In this document: in pieces, positions 27,166 to 37,366 of the stretch
How positions within the stretch are numbered: position 1 is the stretch's first letter
Layout: every line of letters begins with the position of its first letter
Source of the DNA: Sphagnum compactum
Taxonomy: Eukaryota
Length of the DNA stretch: 64,000 bases
Assembly: GCA_965153455.1 (NCBI GenBank)
Contig: OZ234493.1
Coordinates: 31,548,213 to 31,612,212 of the forward strand
Direction: 5' to 3'
Program-made: the position numbers and the translations under genes
Notes under the pieces: model-generated
The model's database searches: none
What the model was told of the DNA's origin: nothing
Seen by the model: only the letters and a program-made list of their open reading frames with translations

Positions 27166-28134
27166 CCACTGGGTAATAATAGTAACCGGAGGTTCTTTAA
27201 AATGTACTGATGATTAATACAAGTAACCTGAGGTTTTTAGCACAACGGACCGCTAGTTAAATCAAAACACTTGTACCCGGCCAAGTAGGTCACGACTCCC
27301 GCCCATTTTTTTTTGGGGAACTTTTTATTTAGCCAAAATGGCGATCATTTCTAGAAAGATTTAGCCAAATCTGGCTATAAACCAGACATGACGCACACAT
27401 CTTTAATCATCCTTCTATATTTCTGGCTAAATACAGAAAACCGAATGAAGAAATATGGCTATTTAAAAAATTCCTCCCTCACTTCTGGCGATTGAAGTGA
27501 GGCTCTGAAAAACCAGTTCGTTTTCGAGTTTTGAAGCTTTTTTGTTTTTTTCCCCTTTTTTTTCTTTCTTTTTGGCGAAATCTCGCCAGTAAATGAAAAG
27601 GCTGGGACTCCCGCCAATCCCTGCTTCAGATGCGCAGAACCGTCCGATGGAGAAAGATTTCAACGGGTGAGGATTTGGATTACCGACCACTGGATAATAC
27701 CAGTAGCCGAAAGTTCTTTTACCTTACAGGTAACGGACCGCTACTTGAATCAAAACCGCCAATCCTGATTAGAATGCGCAGAACTGTCCGAAGGAGAAAG
27801 ATCCCAACGGGTGAGGATTTGGCTTACTGACCACTGGATAATACCAGTAGCCGAAAGTTCTTTTACCTTAAATGCAACGGACCGCTACTAGTTCAATCAA
27901 AACCGCCTATCCAGCTTAGAATGCGCAGAACGGTCCGATGGAGAAACGGGTGACAATCTCACTACCAACGACTGGATAATAGCAGTAACCGAAAGTTCTT
28001 TAGGCACAACGGGACCGCTAGCTAAATCATTAAACTCGCACCCGGTCTGGTTTGCACGTCCCACCGAACCTGCTTCGAATACGCAGCACCGTCCGATAGA
28101 GAAAGATCTTGACGGTTTAGGATTTCGTGACTGG
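27166..28134. repeat. Degenerate ~140-160 bp tandem array (4 units) in RPA2 promoter
   Basis: Anchor ACTGG(A/G)TAATA at 27168, 27689, 27833, 27971. Shared blocks AACGGACCGCTA, GCGCAGAAC, GTCCGA(T/A), GAGAAAGAT. The first unit is interrupted by an insertion. Confidence 0.85.
27304..27605 (-). mobile_element. MITE-like insertion with 10-bp target-site duplication
   Basis: GACTCCCGCC at 27294-27303 and 27606-27615 flanks a 302-bp AT-rich segment. Removing it restores a sequence matching the last promoter repeat unit. Related fragments lie at 8616 and 46380-46400 (TAGCCARATTTGGCTAAATC). Confidence 0.75.
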
Positions 28135-31100
28135 CCCCCCCCCCCACCCACCAACCCCTCCAATAATTCTGCTACGGTCATTTATTTTCCGTTGACCGGA
28201 GAAAAGAAAAAGAGATGAAAATAAAAGAAGTGGGGGGGGGGGGTTCATGGCCTACTAAATGAGTTAAAACTTGTGAAAAGAAACATCAAATAAAGAAATG
28301 GGTAAGTGGGGTCACGGCTATTTATTTTTACTGCCTCAAGATGGTCACTTTCTAACCACAGTATAAGTAGGGCAACTCCAGTAAGGTGGACACTTTCTGA
28401 CCACTCTAACACCCTTGTGGGTGGTCACTTTCTTCAACCAAAGTAGGCTAAGTAGGGCTACATCCTTGAATTGAATTGAATTAAGATATATTGAACGGAA
28501 TTTAAATTCAAATAAATTCCATTTCAATTTAAATTTAAAAAATTTAATTCAGATTAAATTAAATTAAATTAAATTAAAATAAAATAAAATTCAGCTGGGA
28601 AAAAAAAGATTGAGATGAAAATTGATGGAAAAGATATATAGAAAATCTAGCTCATGAATTTCTCCCTTTCTAATCACAGTGTAACTAGGGTAACCATCGG
28701 TTGAGGTGATCGGTTTCCGACCTTTGGAAGCAAGGGTTTCCGACTGATTCATCTTCCCTTGGAGTCATTTTGGGGAAGCAGAACGGGTTGTCATGTGTCA
28801 TAATTTCGGATCATCATTAATAATAATAATGAACGACGGAGATCAATATTTTGAAAAAAAAAATTATGTCAAAATTTTTTCGTAATGTCACCACAACATT
28901 ATGTTCATCCTCCTCAAAATTACGTCAAAATTATGGCGATTCATCCTCCTCGAAGTCGTTCTACGAGGCAAAATGGGCACTTGTGCCGCCAATTCATCCT
29001 CGCCTGGTGTCATCGTTTTAAGCAGAATGGGCACTTGTGCCGATTCTGTCACACACCTGAAATTTTATTTTTTTTGTCATCTGTCCGTTTTAAAATGTCA
29101 GTGAAAGGGCCACAAATACTCAATTCTCTGGTACCTTTAAAAGCCAGGGGCCAGTAAGAATCAGTAGCACGGCCACTTACCCATAACTTTTTTTTATTTT
29201 TTATTTTTGGTTTTGTTTGGGGGGGGGGGTTTCCGAGAACTACTTATTTTTAATGTTTTTTGGCCTTTCGGGCCCAAGTCTGTGGGGTCACACACACTTG
29301 AGGACCAGAGTGAACCAACAGCCACAAGCATGCAAACGCAGAATGGATGGATGGATGGATGATGGGTGGATAGAAAACACTTTTCCATAAGGTTTCATTT
29401 CTCTAACTAACTAACTAACCATGGTGGTTAGATCAGTGTTTGTTTTAATCACCTTCCTATTGGCAACCCACTAGCCCCTTTACCTATGTATTTACTATTT
29501 ACTAATGGGGCCCTTGTGTCATTGGCCCAAGTATATTATTAAATCTCATATAAAATAATTCATCCCAATATTTAATCTAGTTGAAGTGGGCTTAATTTCC
29601 AAAAGTTTGGAGTATTAAAAAAAAAAAACATAAAAATCTTGAACTTTTTGGGCTCTAGGAATTGCTATGCACTACCAACAATGAAACGATTAAAAAGAAA
29701 TGGAAATTAAGTTCCCATTTGAATGAATATATTGAATGACATTGCATTCAACTTGAATATAATGTATATTGAATTCAAATCCCATTGAAATATTGAGAGT
29801 TCAAATTTACTATAGTGAATCCACATTGAACAAAATTTATATTTAAATTCAATTTGAAAATTTGGAATTTCATTGAATTGAATTTGCATCATTTTGTGAC
29901 TACCGTGTGAGAAAAAAGACCTAGCTCCAAAAAGACACATAGTAGTATCCAAAAAAAAATTACATTATTCCATTCCATGTGCAAAATAGATTCTAAATCA
30001 AAATCTATTTTGGCAAAATTGAAATAATATGAGACGTTATCGGGTTTAGTGAGTTGTGGGGTTCATCCACAATCGAGTCATTAATAAATAAATAATTAAA
30101 TTAGCCACATCTAGAACTAGGCACTTCCTAGCTCGCCACTTATAGTAGGTAATTTTGTAAAAAAAATGTTATAGCCAACCTACTAGGATAGTCGCCATTT
30201 AATGCTAATTAATAATGCTAGGAATCCTCGCCAGTGGACCCACTTGAGGAATTAAAATTTAAAAAAAAAATGTATCATGAAAAATTGATTGACATTTTCA
30301 TTTATTTTGAAAATGTCAAAATATTATAATAGCACAAGCAAAAAAGCTTCAAAAAGTGTTATGTTAACAATATGCCAAAATACATTTTTTAACAAATGAA
30401 ATAATTATTTGACACATTAGTGCTGAATGTGTTAAGGTATTACAATGATTTTGAAAATAGGAATCCCAAATGATTTCCAAAGTGAGAGCTCCCAAAACCT
30501 ATCATTAGATGTTTCATTATGTTCAATAGGATAAGTGGATTGGTGATTGAACATTTGATGTATTAGAGATGAATTAATTACTCAATTTTGTTCGTTTTCA
30601 CATCCCTAATGTCAAAAGAGAATGTGTAGAGTGCCTATGGACACATTCATAGCTTTTTAAATTGTTAAAAAAGGTTAAGAAACAAGGAAAAATATGGGCC
30701 CCCAAAGTTGAGGGGTCTTAAATTTGAAAAAAAAATCTTCACAATGAATTTTTTATTTGTGCCATTTAAAAAAAAAAAAAAACCCAATGTAATGTGCACA
30801 AAAATAAGGGGAATGTACAAAATGTGTTCCTTTTAGTCTTTGAAGCAATTATTTCATACTTTGTGTTTGAGTAACATTTTTGTGGTTGTTTTCAATTAAA
30901 ATAAAAAAATTGGGAAAATTTTGGAGGAATTTTTTTTTCTAACTATAAAATTCAACTCTCTCTAATTTTGCTAATTTCTGGAGTTAGAAAAAAAACATTG
31001 ACATCAAAAATTTGAAAAAAAAAAAAAAACAACACTAAAAATTCTTAACTGTGTTTGTCACTTAATTTTTTTAAACTAATACCTTAACTCCATGAGCAAT

Positions 31101-32540
31101 GGGTAGTGTACTAATACCTATTGAGAGAGATGGCCTAGGTAACCTCTCAGTTACCAGAGAGATAACCTAAGGTTGAGCTTTGAGAGTGACACCATAACCC
31201 CACCTCTGTTGATGGATGGAAAGTCTTTTGTAAACTTCTTACTTTTTTGATGAACGAAAAGTCACAAATAATGGATGAAAAAAATTCCATGTAACTCTCT
31301 TCTCAATGAATGAGAACCCATCTTCGACATCCAAAATAACTTAATTGTGCGTTGGGGGAGGATGATGGGTCAAGTGTGGTTAACAGATTTTGGAGTGGGT
31401 AGGCTTACCCCCGAAATTTTTAAAAAAAAAAAAAAAAAAACGAAGAAAAAATCTTATGATCCTCCATTGTTGTCAGGAAGCCAAAAAAAAAGAAAAAAGA
31501 AAAAAAAAGGGAAAAAAAAGTGTGCATAAAAATAGGGTCCAAAAAGCGAATAACGGATACCAAAATTTCTTTTGTTTTTTTCTTCTGCGAATCTTTACTT
31601 CCTTCTTCCCTTCCTTCCTTCCTATTTGCCCCCCATTTCACGAGTTGCGCATTTGTGAGCCATTGCGACGACGCGATGCAAATGTTATGATGCAGATTTG
31701 ATTCTCGATTTATGAAGAAGAAGAAGAAGAAGAAGAAAAATGAGTGGAGCAGCAGCAGCATTGACATGTCTCATGTCCAATAAGTAGAGATTGACAAAGA
31801 GCTAACAACAAAAAACGGAAAGATCACAAACAAAGAGAAAGACACAAGAAGTATGCATTTGTTGTTGTTGTTGTTGTTTTAGTATTTGGTTTCGTTGAAA
31901 GCTTTCTTCGCCAAGTGTTTTGTGTTTTGGTTTAAGGAAAAGAAGTAGGCATTACTTGCATAAATAAGCTGTGGAACTCGTCTTTTACAGTATTGCATTC
32001 ATTTTGCGCAGTTTTTTTTTTTTTTTTTTTGGAAAAGAGTAATAACAGCCACAAGCGCTCCTCTGTGTTTTCGAGGGAGATTTGTTGTGGTTTTCTTTAA
32101 GATTTTGAATTTTTGCTTTTGTCGTCGTCGTCTTTGGCATGGTAGGCAATCAATGTGTGAAGAAAACGTGCAGTCTGAACGCCTTGCTGATGAAGCTTTC
32201 GGTGGTATTGTTACGGTTTTTCTGAGTGTTCATTATGCCTTTCGTCCCTGGCTTCTTGTTTCCTTCTTCTTCTTCTTCTTCTTGCATGCAGCGAAAAATT
32301 CGGGCGCGCGAGCGACAGCAATCATCATATTGGCGAAGGACAGAAGAGTCTCGGAGATCGGAGTTAGGCGGGGGAAGTAAATGAAGTTATGGAACTGAGG
32401 AAGTTCCTTGTACTGGTAGATGTACATCGACCACCACCGTCTTCACGATGCTGCTGCAATAATGACACCGGGAAGAAGTTGGAGAGAACAAACAGAAGAA
32501 GAAGAAGAAGACGACGACTGGTATCTTCTCACAAACGCAA

Positions 32541-35500
32541 ATGCTCTTCTTCTCCTTCTTCTTGTCAATCATGACAGGACGCCGGACAACAACATGCTCG
32601 AGACGCCGGCAAGAAACCTCCTTGCTTTTGCTGCATCATTTTCCTTCAGTCATTTCTGTTTTCGCAGTGTTATTATTACTATCTTCTTCTTCGAACTTGG
32701 AGTCATCGTCATGTGTGGGAGCAGTTTCTGTAAACACTAGTAGTAGTAGTGAAGAAGTGTCTGCTCTTCTCGCCTTCAAAGCAGCGGTCACGGATCCTCT
32801 AGGCGTATTGAGCTCCTGGAATAGTTCTTCAGAGTCCAATCCTTGCAACTGGTACGGGATTACCTGTGACAACACTCTGCATGTCAACAAGGTTTTGATC
32901 GAGGATGCGGAGCTCTCAGGCCCAATCTCCCCTCAGCTTGCTAATCTCACACACTTGCGGTACCTTGTGCTTTCCCAGAATCAGTTCTCAGGTTTCGTCC
33001 CTCCTGAGCTTTCACAGATCGGTGAGTGATGTGTGCCCTATTTTGCAAATCTCTTTTGAGCATTTTTCTATTTTTTGTGTCTTTCACAATTTTGACTGCC
33101 ATCCAATTGGTTTGAGAGAGAGAGAGAGAGAAATAGCTTGTTTGTTGTCAATTAGGGTTTGCTTATCCTTGACCCTTTGAACAGGTACTCTCTGGAAGCT
33201 GAACTTGAGTCGGAATGCCATTTCTGGGAGCATCCCAGATGCCTTGGGTAACTTGTCGAACTTGCGCATGTTGGATTTGTCAATGAATGGTCTCTCTGGA
33301 TCAATCCCTTCATCACTTTTCCAATACTGTGATCGATTACGATTTGTATCTCTTGCAGCCAACCGGATCTCTGGCTCCATTCCCTCAGCACTTGGTAGTT
33401 GCTTCCGGCTCACTGGCTTTAATTTCTCATTGAATGAGTTGGAAGACTCTATACCAGAGGAGCTTGGAAGCCTCGTATTACTCACATTCCTCGATCTTCA
33501 CAGTAACATGTTGATGGGACCAATTCCTTCCTGGCTCACCCTTCTCTCGAATGTCACTTACGTGGACTTAAGCAACAATAACTTGAGTGGTGGCATCCCT
33601 TCAATGATTGGTGCAATGCATTCTCTTAATGTGTTGAAGCTTAGCAACAATCCAATTGCTGGGGCAATCCCTTCGTCAATCGGACAGTTGGGTTCCTTGC
33701 AGGTGCTTCTCTTTGTAAACATGAGTCTTGAAGGAAATATACCACCTGCCATAGGCAACTGCACTTCATTGCTGACCTTGTAAGTTTCAATCGTTCTTTC
33801 CCTTGGTCTCACTTCTAGACAAACCACATCCTTACATCTTCATTGAACCATTAGTGCCTACTGCCATATCAAGTTGTGACTGGCAATCAACAATGTATTT
33901 CAGGTTCAATTCAGGGGGATGCATGGCTTCTTTGAAATAGCGCAAAGATGCAAATTTTCCTGTCTATATACTAAAGACTTTTTCCAAGCTTTGCTGATGC
34001 AGGGACCTTGCTGTTAACAATCTCAGTGGCAACATACCTGCAGCACTTGGTGATATTGTGAATCTGGCAGAACTCTTCCTTGAGTATAATAGACTGAATG
34101 GGAGCATTTCAGAAGCTCTTGAAAATCTGCAACATCTAACATCTTTCAATGTTTCATACAACAATCTCTCTGGACGCATTCCAATGTTAAATGCATTGAG
34201 CAAGTTTGGTGCATCATCATACTTGGGAAATCCTGGTTTGTGTGGTCCACCATTGAACACCCCTTGTGAAGCAGAGCCCACGCCAGCCCCTGTTGTCAAT
34301 ACAACTCATCGGTTGTTAAGCCCATCAGCAATCATTGCTATAGCAGCTGCAGGGGCTATTGCCATTGGTGTTATTGCCATCACGTTGCTGAGTATTTGGC
34401 AACTGAAACGACAGAAGCGGGTGAAGACAGAGCTGTTGGTGTATGAAAGCACACCTCCCTCACCTGACCTGAGCCCCATTGTGGGTAAGCTGGTTCTTTT
34501 CAACAAGGTTCTTCCTTCAAGATATGAGGATTGGGAAATGGGATCAAAAGCCCTTATGGACAAAGAGTGTGTTATTGGTCGAGGATCCATTGGCACGGTT
34601 TACAGGGCCACTTTTGATGGTGGGCTGTCAGTTGCTGTGAAGAAGCTGGAAACATTTGGGCGGATAAAGAACCCAGAAGAGTTTGAGTCAGAGATGAACA
34701 ACCTAGGAGATGTGAGGCACCAAAACCTGGTCATCTTACAAGGCTATTACTGGTCATCTACAATGCAGCTTATGCTCTTTGATTACATTCCTAATGGGAC
34801 ACTGGCTTCCCACATACATGGCCCTCACACATCACAAACAACCCTCTTCTGGTCACGTCGACTCCATATCGCACTTGGGATTGCACGGGGCTTGGGATAT
34901 CTTCACCATGACTTCAGGTCAGTAAACCATGTGTTTTTTTTCCTCCAACATCCACCTAATTCTTTGAATCCTTTCTCCTAGTTCTTTCTTTGCTTTTGAA
35001 GCAACTTCTTAACTTCATCATGGTTGTTCTGTTTCCCAATGTGGCTACTGGAAATTCATGTTATTTCTTTGAAATAATGGGATGCAGGTCACGAATTGTG
35101 CATTTCAATCTCTCTTCAGCTAACATCCTTCTGGATGAAAATTTTGAGCCTAAGATCAGTGACTATGGGCTGGGAAAGTTTCTGCCAATGCTTGAGAACT
35201 ATGCATCCATCCAGAAGTTCCGGATGATGCAAGGCTATGTTGCCCCTGAGCTTGGAGGACCAGGTCTTCAACATCCCGAAAAGTGTGATGTGTACAGTTA
35301 TGGAGTGGTACTGCTTGAACTAGTCACAGGTCAGCATCCTGTTGAGGATGTTGATGGGGGCATGAATATGTTGGGAGAGTTTGTAAGAACTAAGCTGGAA
35401 CAGGGAAGAGGAGCTGATTGCATTGACCCAAAGCTCACTAACTTTCCTGAGAATGAGGTCATTCAAGTGCTAAAATTGGCTCTTATCTGCACTGCCCAGG

Positions 35501-35878
35501 TGTGTGCCAATATTTTTGTACTCTGTGCTTGTATGTTGGGCTAGTTATGGATGTAGCATCTCACAACAGTTTGGTGATTATTTTTTCCTCTGGTATGCTT
35601 CTTGACAGTCTACAAAGTTAAAGCTGAATAAAGCACATAAAGGCAAAGGTCTTCAAGGATATGTTGTCACGAGTCTGATTACTTCATATATTTTGGGAGT
35701 ATGTAGTAGCTATTCCACAGTTTGCATGAACTAAAGTTAGTGCGACATTCTTGATCATCCTAACTTCTATGGAAGTGTGCAGGTGCCTGCAAAGCGGCCA
35801 AGTATGGCTGAAGCAGTGCAGGTTCTTGAATCAATCAGGCCTTCAAGATCATGGGGTTCTCGGAGTTCCTCTCCATAG
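32541..35878 (+). CDS. LRR receptor-like kinase, LRR-VII type (At1g12460/At1g62950-like), atypical kinase domain
   Basis: Exons: 32541(or 32571)-33021, 33185-33779, 34003-34917, 35088-35499, 35783-35878; 2499 nt = 832 aa + TAG. LRRNT (LSSW…PCNWYGITC), plant LRRs, GNPGLCGPPL cap, TM helix, GKLVLFNKVLPSRYEDWE juxtamembrane, kinase with HFN in place of HRD and DYG in place of DFG. Confidence 0.95.
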
Positions 35879-36208
35879 TGCGGGGATTCCCTCTCGATGA
35901 TATATATGAGGGCATTCCCCATTTTTGCCAATTCCCAATACATTGCCTGAGATGCACTCTAATGATAATCCTGCACCGAAGGATCAATACATATGTCAAT
36001 CTTTTGTGGGGCAGGTTCAGTTATGGCATTCCCTATTTCTGCCAATTCCCAACAGGACTTTCGACCAGCATTTTGGGGAAGGTTTTGTGCAGACTGTCAC
36101 ACTGTGTATGCTTCCATTGTGAAGCAGTTATTATCTAGGTTGTACACCATTGAGCAATACTTTTCTCAGCTAGAAGCGTGATCCACCAAAGTACTCCCAC
36201 AGCATTAC

Positions 36209-37122
36209 CGTTTTCTTACACAACAAAAGTGCTCTAGGCAGGTGATACTCTTGTCATCCCTCCATTCTTTTGAGGATCATTATCGTCTCACAGTTTCCTG
36301 AAGAGAAACGAGTCCCCACTAGGTTTTGACAGGTTTATAAGTAATGTCTTCACTTGGGGCCCTCTGTTTCTGTCAGAGTTGGCTTCTCTCTTTTAATTAC
36401 CTTTCAGAGTGTAAGCTCTCTGTAATATCTGTCTCCAGTATATGATGCTGTTGCAATTGTTTCCAGATTAGTTTTTGTGGCGAGACTAGACGACTTGGTG
36501 GCATCTGCCACTAGTGAAAGATGTTGTGCTTGAATGGCTTTGTTAGGTGGCACAACAATGGCCATAGGTTTTGTCATGTTCTTCATTTGATAATGCTCAT
36601 CAACCTGATTCAATGACAGACCCAGCAATAGCTGACAAGCTGCTGGTTTGTTGCTTTCTGATAGTCCTGTTGTGCTGATGATGATGCTAATGGGCAACGG
36701 ATGTGGTGACTAGACAATTGCAGGTATAGGGGGCAGGACAAGCTTCTTACCCAACTCACAGTTATTTCTGACTCAAGAGGCTGCTTGTGTCAATGACCAA
36801 AATGGAGGGGAGGCGACAGGATGGACATTATCTTCCCTGCCTGAAATTATGCTCTGGTACATAATCTTGCACAAATCAAAGTCATTATATTTATTAGTAG
36901 AGCCTTCAATTGCTTTGAACTGTTTTGGGAGCATGTATTTGGCTAGCATATGTGCTCCTTGCTACTACAATTGTTAATCCCATTTACCCATTTTCAATGT
37001 TCCCACATGATTGTTTTGAAGAATGTGAAAAACTGGTTCCTTCTCGTGCTGCTCTTGATCGAAAACAAGATCTCAGAAGGTTCACAATCAGTTTTACAAA
37101 GTTGTGCACATATGAAATCTCT
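36209..37122 (-). pseudogene. Putative decayed spliced gene or spliced non-coding unit between the convergent kinases
   Basis: Exon-like blocks 37122-36988, 36840-36401 and 36297-36209 are bounded by canonical AG/GT. Splicing keeps one frame from ATG 36991, interrupted by 5 stops. Confidence 0.35.
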
Positions 37123-37366
37123 AAAACATTGTAAAATTTATTACATGTTTTGTTCCTACTTCACTTGAGAATATTGAAATAACAAATGCATCAATCGTGA
37201 ACCTTTTGTAGATGATTTGAAGCCATCTCCTGATTACACCAAAATTCCTGGCTGAGAGTGTAATTTTGGAATTGCAGAAGATGGGATGGATGTATTTATG
37301 TTATCTAATATAATACCGTTGACTATTGTACAAAAGTCTAGAAAGACTCCTCAATTTGCATTTCAC

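Noticed and set aside
31347..31767. Poly-Lys/poly-Phe ORFs upstream of the LRR-RLK
   Set aside because: Products of homopolymer and (GAA)n tracts.
36209..36840. Stops in the hidden unit removable by U-to-C RNA editing
   Set aside because: Every stop codon is one C/T change from a sense codon, so this is uninformative; such editing is known from organelles, not nuclear transcripts.
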